From: a candidate division WOR-3 bacterium
Lineage (GTDB): Bacteria > Hydrothermota > Tepidihabitantia > Tepidihabitantales > Tepidihabitantaceae
Assembly: GCA_965649225.1 (NCBI GenBank)
Contig: CBFGJX010000014.1
Location: 1 to 64,000, forward strand
Length of the DNA: 64,000 nucleotides
Direction: 5' to 3'
The number at the start of each line of letters is the position of its first letter. Position 1 is the stretch's first letter. The notes beneath the pieces are model-generated. The model searched no databases and was not told where the DNA came from. It saw only the letters and a program-made list of their open reading frames with translations. Shown here one piece after another: positions 37,961 through 48,270 of the stretch. A program made the translations under genes and the position numbers.

Positions 37961-38866
37961 ATGAAACGAATTTTGCTTGTCGCCGGACTGCTGGTGATGC
38001 TGAGCGGTTCCGGCACCGCCAATCTGCTGGTGAACGGCGATTTCGAACAGCCGCTTTCGGTCGGCTGGAAGGATACCGTCTTTTCGCTCGGCGGCGAGTA
38101 CCGGTTTGAGCGCAGCGACACTTTCGGTTCCGGTACCGGCTACGCGGCAAAGGTGTACAAGCTGCTGGCGTTATTTGCTTCGCTGTCTCAGGTCGCACCC
38201 GTGCCCGGCCCGGACCTGCGCCTGTCGTTCGACGCCCGGCTGCGCATCGAAGAGGGTTCTTCAACCTGCTGGCCGGTGGCGGCGGTGTTCGCCCGTTACC
38301 GCACCGACCAGGGCCGGGAGCTGGGCGCAACCTGCTGGTACAAGCACAGCATCTACGCAAACTGGCGATCGAGCGATACCTTTCATCTGATCGAGGTAAC
38401 GGCAGACGGCTGGAACCATTACGAGCTGGACGTCGCCGCCGAGTTGAGTGCCAATCTGCCGCGCATCAATCCGGCTGACGTCGCTCAGGTCGTGATTGAC
38501 CTGTACGCGTACGACAGCGGCACTTGAAGTGGCGGCGCGGCAGAGGTCTCTGCCGATAACATTGTATTGACCGCTTCCGGCGCAGTTACGGAAAGCCGGC
38601 CGGTGCCGACGCTGCGCGACCTGACCACCGGTCCGAATCCGGTGCGGGGCCGGGCGCGCATCAGCTACACCCTGCCGCAGGCCGGAACGGTGAGCTGCGC
38701 GGTTTACGACGCCACCGGCCGACGCGTTGCCGAGCTGTTCACCGGACAGCAGACCGCCGGCAGGCACTCGCTGATCTGGGATGCTGCCGGCTGTGGGCCC
38801 GGCGCCTATCTGGTGCGAATCGAAGGCGCGGCCCACGGCACGGCGCGACTGGTTCTGGCCGAGTAA
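37961..38866 (+). CDS. Secreted CBM-like (NGDFE jelly-roll) protein with T9SS-like CTD; in-frame TGA at 38525-38527, probably selenocysteine (U189 of 301 aa)
   Basis: Signal peptide; frame continues past the TGA into EVSADNIVL and a PNP...YDATGRRV...GAYLVR CTD; SECIS-like hairpin 10 nt after the TGA. Confidence 0.75.
38538..38555 (+). promoter_or_regulatory. Bacterial SECIS-like hairpin
   Basis: CGGCAGAG-GT-CTCTGCCG with apical AGGTCT as in the E. coli fdhF SECIS. Confidence 0.7.
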
Positions 38867-38990
38867 TCGCCAAGGCCGATTTTGACCGGCAGGTCCACAG
38901 CGACCTGCCGGTCACTGTTTTGCCGGCAGCGCCTCCCCGACCTCGCCTTGACACAAATCAGGCGTCCGCTAGCCTCTCCCGAGGCCAGAC

Positions 38991-41681
38991 ATGACCGACA
39001 CCGCTTCCGGTTCCGGCGTTCCTGCGGCAACGGCTGAGGAGCTGCTGGCGGCTGCCCGCCGGCTTTTCACCACCGACCGCGAGCAGTCAATCAAACTTGC
39101 CGCCGCCTGTCTGGAACAGGCCCGCGCCGCCGACCGACCCGAGCTGACCTGCAGCGCCCTGAATCTGCTTGCCGAAGACCTTTTTCCCCGTGACCAGGAT
39201 GCCGCCATCCGCTATGCCCGCGACGCCCTTGAACTCGCCCGGCGGGCCGGCCGGTTGTCCGCCGCGGCCGATTCGCTCAACCTGCTTGCCGATGCCGAAC
39301 GACTGGCCGGCCGGCTGGAATCGGCGCTGACGCTGCTGCAGGAAAGCGTTGCCTGCGCCCGCGCCGGCAACGACCGCGCGGCCGAGGCGACGGCCGTTAC
39401 CGCGCTCGGCGCCATCGCCTGGCACCGGGGTGAGTTTGACCTTGCCATCAACTGGTTCCGCGAGGCCCTGCGCCTGCGCGAGGAACTGGGCAACGACTAC
39501 GACATCGCCATCGCCTGCGCCAATCTCGGTCTGATGCACTACGAGAAGGGCGAACTGGTACCGGCGCTGGAGCTGTCGCGCCGCAGTCTGGCACTGCGCG
39601 AAGCGCTCGGTGACCACCATGGCATCGGCGAAGTGAGTATCAACCTCGGGTTGATCTATGTTGACCTCGGCGACTGGGAAAAGGCGCTGGAAAGCTATTT
39701 CCGGGCGCTGGCCGAACTGGAATCGGCCCGCGACGTCGGCAACCAGGCGCTGGTTCACTGCAACATCGGCGAAGCCTACCTGCGCCGGGGTAAACTGGCG
39801 CGGGCGCGCGAACACCTTGACCGCGCACTCGCGCTTGCCCGCACTGCCGGGTCGCGGTTCGCCGAGGCCGAAGCGCTCGGTAATCTCGGCGAAAGCTGGT
39901 TCGACTCCGGCGACACCGCCCGTGCCGCCGACTTCTATCAGCGCGACGCCGCCATCTGCCGGGAAATCGAAGACCGCGAGGAGCTGGCCGAAACCCTGCG
40001 CCGCTGGGCCGAAGTCGATCTGGCCCAGGGCGACCTCGCCGCGGCCCGCCTGCGACTCGACGAAGCACTGGCAATTGCCGAACACATCGGCAACCGCAAG
40101 GAGCAGGCCTGTATCCGCCGGGTGCTGGGCGAACTGCACGCGGCGTCGGGCGACCTCGCCGCGGCCCGTGTCGCGTTCGAGGCCAGCCGGGCGATCCTGC
40201 GCACACTGGGCAAGAATTATGAACTCGGCCGGACCCTGCTGGCGCTGGCCCGGGCCGAAGCCGCTGCCGGCGAGAGCGACCGGATTGCCGCAACTCAGGC
40301 CTGGGCGATTTTTGAAAATCTCGGCATCCGGCACCGGGCCGAGGAAGCCGGACGGCTCATCGGCGCCGGCCGGGCCGGAGCGGTCGATGCCGAACTTCTG
40401 CACGCGATTGCTGAAATCGTCGGCGAAAACCCGGCCCCGGCCGAGTTGTGCCGCCGGGTTCTGGCCGAATTCACCTCCACCCTCAATCTTGCCGGTGCGG
40501 CAATCTACCTGCGTGACGACACGGTTTACAGTGTTGGCGAAGCGGCCGGTGAGGCCGGCGGCCTGTCAATCCCGCTGGAAACTGCCGCCGACCGGCTCGG
40601 CACGCTGATGCTTTATGGCGATGCCGATGCCGCAAGTCTGCGGATACCGGCGCGACTGGTTGCGCTGGGGCTGGGTTTCGGCTCGAGCCAGCCGGCGACC
40701 GCGGTCCAGCCGGCAGCCGCCGGTCGTTTCCCGGGGATTGTCGGTGCCGACACTACCCTCAAACCGGTTTTTGAAACCGTCGAACGGGTCGCCCCGACCA
40801 GAGCGACCGTTCTGATACTCGGCGAGCACGGCACCGGCAAGGAGCTGGTCGCCCGGGCCCTGCACGACGCCTCGGACCGGGCCGCCGGCCCGTTCGTTGC
40901 CGTCAACTGCGCCGCAATTCCGGAAACACTGCTGGAAGCCGAACTGTTCGGAGTCGAGAAAGGCACTGCCACCGGCGTGGCCGCCCGTGAAGGCAAGTTT
41001 GAAACCGCCAGCGGCGGCACCCTGTTCCTGGATGAAATCGGTGACATGTCGCTCGCCCTGCAGGCCAAACTGCTGCGGGTTCTGCAGGAACGGGTTTTCG
41101 AACGTGTCGGCGGCCGGCGGCCGGTCGAGGTCGACGTCCGGGTCGTCGCCGCCACCAACCGCAATCTGGAAGCGGCAATGGCAGCGGGCAGTTTTCGTTC
41201 TGACCTCTACTACCGACTCAGTGTCATTACCATCCGCCTGCCCTCGCTGCGCGAACGCAAGGCCGACATTCCGGCACTGGCGGCGTTTTTCTGTTCGACT
41301 TTCGCCCGCGAATACTCCAAACCGGTGCAGGGATTCACCGCTGCCGGGCTCGACTGTCTGCTCAACTGGAGCTGGCCCGGCAATGTCCGCGAACTGAAAA
41401 ACGTCATCGAGCGCGCCGTGATCATGACCGCCCAGACCCTTATCGGCCCGGAGGACCTGCCGGCCGAGATGCGTTGCGTGACACCGGTCGCCCCCGGGCT
41501 GCGCGAGATGCGCCGGGAGGCCAAGGACCGGGCAGCGGCTGAGGCGGAACAGACCGCGGCTGTCTCGGCACTCGAAGCCTGTTCCTGGAATGTCAGCCGG
41601 GCCGCCGACAAACTTGGCATCAGCCGGATGCAGCTTTACCGCATTATCAAACGTCACGGCCTGAAGCGCCCGAAAAACTGA
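38991..41681 (+). CDS. TPR-repeat sigma54-dependent transcriptional activator (TPR, short GAF-like region, AAA+, Fis-type HTH)
   Basis: About ten NLG/NIG TPR repeats; [13 protein letters not shown], ELFGxxx[21 protein letters not shown]-terminal AADKLGISR. Confidence 0.93.
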   Translation: MTDTASGSGVPAATAEELLAAARRLFTTDREQSIKLAAACLEQARAADRPELTCSALNLLAEDLFPRDQDAAIRYARDALELARRAGRLSAAADSLNLLADAERLAGRLESALTLLQESVACARAGNDRAAEATAVTALGAIAWHRGEFDLAINWFREALRLREELGNDYDIAIACANLGLMHYEKGELVPALELSRRSLALREALGDHHGIGEVSINLGLIYVDLGDWEKALESYFRALAELESARDVGNQALVHCNIGEAYLRRGKLARAREHLDRALALARTAGSRFAEAEALGNLGESWFDSGDTARAADFYQRDAAICREIEDREELAETLRRWAEVDLAQGDLAAARLRLDEALAIAEHIGNRKEQACIRRVLGELHAASGDLAAARVAFEASRAILRTLGKNYELGRTLLALARAEAAAGESDRIAATQAWAIFENLGIRHRAEEAGRLIGAGRAGAVDAELLHAIAEIVGENPAPAELCRRVLAEFTSTLNLAGAAIYLRDDTVYSVGEAAGEAGGLSIPLETAADRLGTLMLYGDADAASLRIPARLVALGLGFGSSQPATAVQPAAAGRFPGIVGADTTLKPVFETVERVAPTRATVLILGEHGTGKELVARALHDASDRAAGPFVAVNCAAIPETLLEAELFGVEKGTATGVAAREGKFETASGGTLFLDEIGDMSLALQAKLLRVLQERVFERVGGRRPVEVDVRVVAATNRNLEAAMAAGSFRSDLYYRLSVITIRLPSLRERKADIPALAAFFCSTFAREYSKPVQGFTAAGLDCLLNWSWPGNVRELKNVIERAVIMTAQTLIGPEDLPAEMRCVTPVAPGLREMRREAKDRAAAEAEQTAAVSALEACSWNVSRAADKLGISRMQLYRIIKRHGLKRPKN

Positions 41682-41690
41682 CCCCCAGAC

Positions 41691-41911
41691 TGTAACATCC
41701 TGCCCGATATCGGCACCAGCACTGTTACACTCGCTGTTACACACCTAACTTACTGCATCAGAACAAGTTAGCTTTTACCTGCCCGATCAGGACTTCAGCC
41801 AGTGTAACATTTTTTGAACAGTTCCGTGCCTGGCCCGCCAAGTTCTCTGCGGATAAGTTGTTGAAAAATATTTGCTTACAGTTGAATCCCTGGGCTGGCA
41901 CACGGCCTGCA
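41691..41911 (+). promoter_or_regulatory. Sigma54 promoter with candidate enhancer repeats and IHF-like site
   Basis: TGGCAC-N5-CTGCA (-24/-12) at 41896-41911; TAAGTTGTTGAAA at 41854-41866; TGTAACA/TGTTACA at 41691, 41723, 41735, 41803. Confidence 0.75.
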
Positions 41912-41957
41912 ATCTCTCGGGCAGTTCCGTTAAACAACCAAACACAAAGGAGCTGCC

Positions 41958-42335
41958 ATGTTCGAAGTATTGTCCGATTGTCTGTCTCATTCAATCAAGG
42001 TCGTTGCCCGGTTCTTTTTCGGGATTGCAGTCGGTTCGGTCGCCATCCTCGGGTTCGCGGTCGTCTCCGGTGCGATGCCGGCTTCTGGGCTCACGTTCGA
42101 GAATGTCAGCGGCGTTGTTGCCGGAATCCGCGCCAAGGCCGACCTGGTCAAGAGCTTCTGGCAGGACCCGTCAGCAGTGAGGCTGACTGCCTCAGTTTAC
42201 GGCTTTGACGAAGAAATCTATGCCGGTCCCAACATTGCCGAAGAAGATGACGAAGAGGAAGCGGACGACTGCGGCAACCTCGATTCGTGGGGCGGGTTCA
42301 ACGAGTACATCGCCCGCGACCGTTCCGGACGCTAG
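41958..42335 (+). CDS. Small membrane-anchored protein with acidic C-terminus
   Basis: AAGGAG RBS; one TM; EEDDEEEADD tract. Confidence 0.7.
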   Translation: MFEVLSDCLSHSIKVVARFFFGIAVGSVAILGFAVVSGAMPASGLTFENVSGVVAGIRAKADLVKSFWQDPSAVRLTASVYGFDEEIYAGPNIAEEDDEEEADDCGNLDSWGGFNEYIARDRSGR

Positions 42336-42344
42336 GAGGGTATC

Positions 42345-42575
42345 GTGAAGCGCACCATCATCAATCTGACACTGGGACTGGTGGGGACCGGTCTGGTACT
42401 CACCAGCCTCGGGCTGCTGGCCCGAAACAGCAAGGCCATTGCGCGGCACCGCAATGCCAGCCTGAATCTATCCTCGGCGGGCGAACGCTATCGCTCCCGG
42501 GTGAAGTTTGCCAAGAACCTGCTGCGCTCCGACTCGCCCTTTACCCAGCTCGGCGCAGTGGACGACAACTATTAG
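42345..42575 (+). CDS. Small exported or membrane-anchored basic protein
   Basis: AGGAGG RBS; N-terminal hydrophobic helix. Confidence 0.7.
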   Translation: MKRTIINLTLGLVGTGLVLTSLGLLARNSKAIARHRNASLNLSSAGERYRSRVKFAKNLLRSDSPFTQLGAVDDNY

Positions 42576-42584
42576 CTCACGGCC

Positions 42585-42905
42585 ATGAAACAGAATCCCT
42601 TAACCAGTCTGGCCACAATTGCCGGCGCTTTCTTCGCCGCCGGCTTTCTGATTTGCTCATCCAGCGGCCGACGGTTGCCCCGCCCGGCACCACGCCGGCC
42701 GGCACCACCAGCCCAGCGGCATTGTATCCGGCTCTGCCTGTTTCGCCGGCCACCGTCGAGCCTGACCACCGCTGCGGCAAATGTCAACAACCGGTCTGCT
42801 GCCCAGGTACCGAAACCGCCCGTTGCGAAATTTCCCCTGACTGCAGCGACTCCGACCGGTGACCGGCGACGACACGGCCGAGACGCCGGCGGCCGAGCGG
42901 TATGA
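42585..42905 (+). CDS. Possible small Pro/Arg-rich protein with N-terminal hydrophobic segment
   Basis: ATG 10 nt after the previous stop; weak RBS. Confidence 0.35.
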   Translation: MKQNPLTSLATIAGAFFAAGFLICSSSGRRLPRPAPRRPAPPAQRHCIRLCLFRRPPSSLTTAAANVNNRSAAQVPKPPVAKFPLTAATPTGDRRRHGRDAGGRAV

Positions 42906-43107
42906 CCATGGCAGTATCAGCGACAACTGCCGCCATCAGCACTGTTCGTGTCGATCGGTCAGGACCCGTAACCGGCTGCGTTGACGGCAATCCTGACCGG
43001 CCTATACTCGGGAAGACATCCGGCGCACGGCCTGGCCGATACCGGCTGCGTCACACCGAGCGCAGTCGGCCGTGTCCCGGAGCAATCAGCACGGAGGAGG
43101 AAGGACT

Positions 43108-45750
43108 ATGCGCCGAAGCTTCTTTGTCAGCGTGACCCTGGCACTGCTGACGACTGTTGCACTGGCCCAGGTTGACACTGCCTGGGTGCGGCGCTTCAGC
43201 AGCGCACCCGGTGCCATTGACAGCGCCACCGCCCTGATAACCGACCCGGAAGGCAATGTCTATGTTACCGGCCGGTCCGACACACTCGGCCAGGCGGATA
43301 TCGTAACCCTCAAGTACGACCCCTATGGCAACCTGCTGTGGCGCGCCCGGTTCCACGGCGGCTACGGCACCGACATTCCTTATGCCATCAGCTATCGCTC
43401 CGGCCCGAACAAAGGCTCCGGCACCGTCCATGTCACCGGCACATCAAAGGGTTCGGGCAAGGGAAACAACTACCGGTTTGTGACACTCTGTTACCGGGCC
43501 GACTCCGGCAACCTGCGCTGGGCCCGGTTGGACTCCGGTGTCGCCGGCAGCAACGCCGGGCAGGACCTGATGGTTGATGACGACGGCAACACCTACGCCG
43601 TCGGTTATCTCGGTATCAACGACAGCCTCAACGTCACCGTGCTGACTGTCGTCTCTTACGACACGGCCGGATTCCTCCGCTGGCGTTACAGCTGGTTCGG
43701 CTCGAACTCGCTGAGCAGCCGCGGCGTGGCAATCGACTTTGCCAGCCCACCAGGCAAAGGGTCAGGCACCGTCCACGTCACCGGCACTTCCAAGTCCGGC
43801 GATAACGATGCAGTCAATGACAATGCCGTAACGCTCGCTTTCAATTCCAATACCGGCAGTCTCAAGTGGTCAGCAAGCTTTGACTTGGCTGGCAGAAACG
43901 ATTCCGCCGTCGCCATCGCCGCCGACCCGACCAGTTACGGTCGTGTCTTCGTCGCTGCCGCGGCCCGCGACAGCCTCCGCTCCTACTTTGCCACGATTGC
44001 CTACGACTCTCTCGGCAACACCGCCTGGCAGCGGGTTCTTGACGGCGGCGCCGGCGTCAACCGGCCCTATGCCATTGCCACTACCACCCCGACCAAAGGC
44101 TCCGGTACCGTCCATGTCACCGGCACCTCAAAGGGTTCCGGCAAGGCCGGCGACCTCGACTACTTCACTGTCTGTTACTCGGCCGAAGGTATGCCGCAGT
44201 GGACCCGGCGCTACGACGGTGGCAACGGCGACGACATCGCCTACGCAATCGCCGTTGCCGGTTCGGGTGCCAAGGGCTCGGGCACGGTCCATGTCACCGG
44301 CACCTCAAAAGGTTCCGGCAAGGCCACTACCTGGGATATCTACACCGTCGCTTACGCGTCAACCGGTGTCGAGCTCTGGAATCATCGTTACGATAACGGC
44401 CGGACCGACATCGGCCTTGCGATCGGCACCGATACCACCGGGGCCGTTTTTGTCACCGGCCCCAGCAACGGCAGCGTGCCTGATACCTCGCTCGACTATG
44501 TCACCATCAAGCTCCGGCCGCCCGTCCGGGTCCCGTCCCAATGGGACAGTGTCATCACCCTGCCCGGCGGCCTGCCCGCCGGTGTCGGCTCGTGGCTCGC
44601 CTGCAACGCCAACACTCCGGAAGCCGACGGCCGGGTTTATGTCTGTGCCGGCAAGACCAGCTCCAGCTTCTGGGCCTATGACCCGGCAACTTCGTCCTGG
44701 ACAACCCTGCCATCCTATCCGGCCGGACCGTCAGGCAAAGCACCGGGCCGGGGCAGCCGCGGCACTGCCGGTTTCGGCAACCGAATCTACTCAATCAAGT
44801 CCGGCAACACTGCCGAGTTCTGGGCTTACGACATTCCGGGCGCCCGATGGGTTCAGCTCGCCGATGTTCCCCTCGGCCCGTCCAACAAGAAAGTCAAAAA
44901 CGGCGCCGACCTCGATTTCGTACCCTGCCCCTCCGGTGATAGCAGCTTCATCTACCTGCTCAAGGGCAACAAGTCGGAATTCTGGCGCTACAACATCAAC
45001 ACCAACACCTGGTCCCAGCTGCCCGATGCGCCCGCCGGCATCAGACCAAAATGGGACAAGGGTTCGTTTATCGTTTATGACGGCGACCGCACGGTCTATG
45101 CCCATAAGGCCAAGTACGTCTTCGGCGACCCGCCTCGCCATGAGTTGTGGGCCTACGACATCATCACTGGCCAGTGGCTTGCAGACCCGCTGCCGGGAAT
45201 GCCGTTCTGGAGTCTCTTCAACGGCGCACCACGGCGCAAAAAAGTCGCTGAGGGCGCTGCCGGTGCCTGGGACGACAACAGCCTCTATGCGCTCAAGGGC
45301 GGCAACACGCTCAGCTTCTTCGCCGGCTCAGCCCGGAACTGGACCTGGCAGCAGCTTGCCGACATGCCGGCCGGCGCTTCGGGAAAACGCGTCAAGGTCG
45401 GTGGCGATCTCGACGGCAACGGTATCGGTAAACTCTATGCTCTCAAGGGCAACAAGACCCCCGAGCTCCACTGCTACTCGGTCGGGGGCAAGACCGCGAG
45501 CGACGGCATTACCGCCCGACCAGTAACCGCCACGCCGGCATGTCCTGCGGCGATTGTCCGCTCCATCCTCTATCTCCCCTCCTCAACCGCTACCGGCACC
45601 CTGCTCATTGACGCCGCCGGCCGCCGTCGCATGGCACTCAAACCCGGACTCAACGACCTTTCCGGTCTTGCTCCCGGCATCTACTTCATCCAGCGACTGA
45701 CAACCGGCAACGAACAACCTTCACCGCAAAAGGTTGTTGTGACTCGTTGA
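43108..45750 (+). CDS. Secreted SBBP-type beta-propeller + Kelch module + T9SS-like CTD protein with four KGSGTVHVTGTSK repeats
   Basis: GGAGGAGG RBS; signal peptide; DxxGNVYVTG/DYxTIK blades; KGNKSEFWRY Kelch; LAPGIYF CTD. Confidence 0.88.
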   Translation: MRRSFFVSVTLALLTTVALAQVDTAWVRRFSSAPGAIDSATALITDPEGNVYVTGRSDTLGQADIVTLKYDPYGNLLWRARFHGGYGTDIPYAISYRSGPNKGSGTVHVTGTSKGSGKGNNYRFVTLCYRADSGNLRWARLDSGVAGSNAGQDLMVDDDGNTYAVGYLGINDSLNVTVLTVVSYDTAGFLRWRYSWFGSNSLSSRGVAIDFASPPGKGSGTVHVTGTSKSGDNDAVNDNAVTLAFNSNTGSLKWSASFDLAGRNDSAVAIAADPTSYGRVFVAAAARDSLRSYFATIAYDSLGNTAWQRVLDGGAGVNRPYAIATTTPTKGSGTVHVTGTSKGSGKAGDLDYFTVCYSAEGMPQWTRRYDGGNGDDIAYAIAVAGSGAKGSGTVHVTGTSKGSGKATTWDIYTVAYASTGVELWNHRYDNGRTDIGLAIGTDTTGAVFVTGPSNGSVPDTSLDYVTIKLRPPVRVPSQWDSVITLPGGLPAGVGSWLACNANTPEADGRVYVCAGKTSSSFWAYDPATSSWTTLPSYPAGPSGKAPGRGSRGTAGFGNRIYSIKSGNTAEFWAYDIPGARWVQLADVPLGPSNKKVKNGADLDFVPCPSGDSSFIYLLKGNKSEFWRYNINTNTWSQLPDAPAGIRPKWDKGSFIVYDGDRTVYAHKAKYVFGDPPRHELWAYDIITGQWLADPLPGMPFWSLFNGAPRRKKVAEGAAGAWDDNSLYALKGGNTLSFFAGSARNWTWQQLADMPAGASGKRVKVGGDLDGNGIGKLYALKGNKTPELHCYSVGGKTASDGITARPVTATPACPAAIVRSILYLPSSTATGTLLIDAAGRRRMALKPGLNDLSGLAPGIYFIQRLTTGNEQPSPQKVVVTR

Positions 45751-45770
45751 CCGATTGTCCTGAAAGCACT

Positions 45771-45804
45771 CCGGCAGGCCATCTTCGGCCTGCCGGGGCG
45801 TTTT
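45771..45804 (+). terminator. Terminator between convergent genes
   Basis: CCGGCAGGCC-ATCTTC-GGCCTGCCGG followed by TTTT. Confidence 0.6.
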
Positions 45805-46795
45805 AATGCTGTTTGTTGTTGTGCGTGGTCGCGCTGTCGCTGCCGGCTTCGTAAAACACCTTGCCCCAGAACTCGACCCGCCGGATGCGGCCGGTGCGCA
45901 TCAAACGCTGTAACGCCGCGCTGACCGTCGCCTTCTCGACTCCGAGCGCGGCGGCGATATCTTCGACCGTTGACGGCCGGCCGGCAACGAAGGCGGCGAT
46001 GGTCTCATCGGAGCCGTTGCTGTCCCGGCGTTTCGAAGGCAGCAGCGGCGACTCGGGAATATCGGTGTCCGGCCCGAACAGCAGCCTGATTTGCTCGAGG
46101 TCATCGCGCGTCACTGGCTTTGCCCACTTCACCGCCGGCGGCCGCACAACGGTATTGAGCTGCACCCGGTCCGGCCCGATGTAGTGAGCCGCCCGGCGCA
46201 GCTTGAGGACATGCTCGGGCTGGTCGTTGACCCCGCGCACCAGCATGATTTCCAGCCACAGCTGTCCGCGATAGTAGCGGCGGAAAGTACGGATACCTTC
46301 GATAATCTCTGCAATCCGCAGGCTGCGAGGGTTGCGGTCAACCCGGGCAAAAACCCGCTGGTCGGCCGCATCGAGCGACGGCACCACCAGGTCCGCCGCA
46401 TAGAGGGCCCGCCGTACCGCCGGGTCGGTCAGCAGCGTTGAATTGGTCAGTACCGCCACCGGAATCGTGAACTCGCGTTTGAGCGCCCGGATCAGTCGCC
46501 CGATATCACGGTTGAGTGTCGGCTCGCCTTCGCCGGAGAAAGTCAGAAAATCCGGCCGACTGCGGCTGACCGCGGCCCGCACCGCGGCCAGAATCGCCGG
46601 CACCGGATAGAAACTCTGCCGTTCGACCGTCTTGTGCGTTGTTACTCCGCACTGACAGTAAATGCAGTCGAGACTGCAGGTCTTGCGCGGAATGATATTG
46701 ATGCCCAGCGACAGTCCCAGCCGGCGCGACGGTACCGGGCCATAGACGAACTGGTGATTAATCATCGCCCAGCCCGCCCGGTTGCCGCGGCTCAC
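45803..46795 (-). CDS. Radical SAM protein (COG0731-like Fe-S oxidoreductase) with C-terminal HTH
   Basis: YGPVPSRRLGLSLG, CSLDCIYC, FSGEGEPTL. Confidence 0.9.
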   Translation of the reverse strand: MSRGNRAGWAMINHQFVYGPVPSRRLGLSLGINIIPRKTCSLDCIYCQCGVTTHKTVERQSFYPVPAILAAVRAAVSRSRPDFLTFSGEGEPTLNRDIGRLIRALKREFTIPVAVLTNSTLLTDPAVRRALYAADLVVPSLDAADQRVFARVDRNPRSLRIAEIIEGIRTFRRYYRGQLWLEIMLVRGVNDQPEHVLKLRRAAHYIGPDRVQLNTVVRPPAVKWAKPVTRDDLEQIRLLFGPDTDIPESPLLPSKRRDSNGSDETIAAFVAGRPSTVEDIAAALGVEKATVSAALQRLMRTGRIRRVEFWGKVFYEAGSDSATTHNNKQH

Positions 46796-48270
46796 TCGGC
46801 TTTGCCGCCACCCGACGCCAGCCCCGACAGGTGTGTCCGCAGATAGTCCAGCCCCTCTTCCTTGGTCTTGATCCGACCCTCAATCTGCAGGTCTTCCAGC
46901 TCCTGCAGGATGACCTTGAATGCCGGGCCGGGCGGCAGCCCGAGCGCGATCAGGTCGTTACCGTTCACCAGCCGCTCAACCCGGACCACCGCATCCTCGG
47001 CCCGCTTCTGCTCCAGCATTCTGGTGATTGTCTGTTCAAGATGGCCGGTGCGGCCGGCGGTAGCCCAGCCGTCGGCGCAGCACAGAATCATCAGCCCGAA
47101 TGCCTCCGCGCCGAGGTCGCGAAAATAGCGCCGGATTGCCCGTTCCGACAAATCCGGAGCAGTTGCCAGCAGGTGCAGGCGCATGTGCTCCTGGGTCAGG
47201 GCCTGCAGCATCGCGGTCTGGGCCCGCGCCAGCCGCAGCCGCTGGCGGCCGACCCGGCCGACAACCTTCGCCCCGATACTGTCATGGCCGTAAAAATGCA
47301 TCTCACCGTCGGTCGTGACAAAACGGGTCTCGGGCTTGGCAATATCGTGCAAAAGCCCGGCCAGCTTCAGCAGCGCCCGCCGATAAGGCACGCCGGCAGG
47401 CGCCGGCTTCGGTTCGGCCGGGCTGGCTTCTGTCCCTTCCGGGCCGCCGTTTTCGGCCGCAGCCGTTCTGTGCTCGTCGAAGTACTGCCGCCATTCCGGT
47501 TCAAACCGGGCAAAGAAACCGGGATTGACGATAATCTCTTCAATCTTCTGGTAGGTTCGGAAGCTGTGTTCACGCAGCAGGTCGTCGTCCAGTACCGGGC
47601 CCAGTTCCGGCAGAATCTCCACCAGCCGCCCCAGCTCATAAAGGGTGCGCACGACCGGATACGAACCCGGGCATTCCATTATCCGCAGCAGCTCGGCGCC
47701 GATGCGCTCGGCGGCAACTGAAGCCAGACTGACCCGGCGTCCCTGCTCCAGCACCGACCGGTCAACGTTGAAACCCAGCTCCAGCCCGAACCGGAATGCC
47801 CGCAGCAGCCGCAGCGGGTCGCCGGCCAGCGACCGTTCCGAAACCGGCCGGACAACCCGACTGGCAATGTCGGCCCGGCCGCCATGAGGGTCAACAAACG
47901 GCCCGAGTCCGGTTTCGGTCAGTTCGGCTGCCACCGCGTTGATCGTGAAATCGCGCCGGCCCAGGTCGGTCTCGATCGTGCCGGTGCCGATGCCGTTGAA
48001 GTCCAGTGTCAATCCAGCCACGACAACCCGGGCCTCGTCGTCGGCCTCGGACAGCACCACCAGTGCGCCCCGGGCCGCCCGGGCAAAATCGGTGGCAAAC
48101 TCCAGCCCCGACCCGCTGACGGCAAAATCGAAGTCGGCCGAGCCACGGCTCAGCAGCCAGTCGCGAATCGCCCCGCCGACGAGCCAGAGCCGGCGGCCGT
48201 TGCGCCGGCGGACGAGCCGGTCTTTGAGCTGACCCAGCGGCAGAAGTATCCGTTCCGGCACATCAGTCAT
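46792..48270 (-). CDS. cca: CCA tRNA nucleotidyltransferase / poly(A) polymerase family protein with HD domain
   Basis: LVGGAIRD..L...DFD, DLGRRDFTINA, DPLRLLRAFRF, LLHDIAK. Confidence 0.88.
   Translation of the reverse strand: MTDVPERILLPLGQLKDRLVRRRNGRRLWLVGGAIRDWLLSRGSADFDFAVSGSGLEFATDFARAARGALVVLSEADDEARVVVAGLTLDFNGIGTGTIETDLGRRDFTINAVAAELTETGLGPFVDPHGGRADIASRVVRPVSERSLAGDPLRLLRAFRFGLELGFNVDRSVLEQGRRVSLASVAAERIGAELLRIMECPGSYPVVRTLYELGRLVEILPELGPVLDDDLLREHSFRTYQKIEEIIVNPGFFARFEPEWRQYFDEHRTAAAENGGPEGTEASPAEPKPAPAGVPYRRALLKLAGLLHDIAKPETRFVTTDGEMHFYGHDSIGAKVVGRVGRQRLRLARAQTAMLQALTQEHMRLHLLATAPDLSERAIRRYFRDLGAEAFGLMILCCADGWATAGRTGHLEQTITRMLEQKRAEDAVVRVERLVNGNDLIALGLPPGPAFKVILQELEDLQIEGRIKTKEEGLDYLRTHLSGLASGGGKAE

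Noticed and set aside
43411..44322. Possible CRISPR or DGR-type repeat array
   Set aside because: The repeats are in-frame coding, irregularly spaced and differ at synonymous sites; no cas or reverse transcriptase genes in the window.
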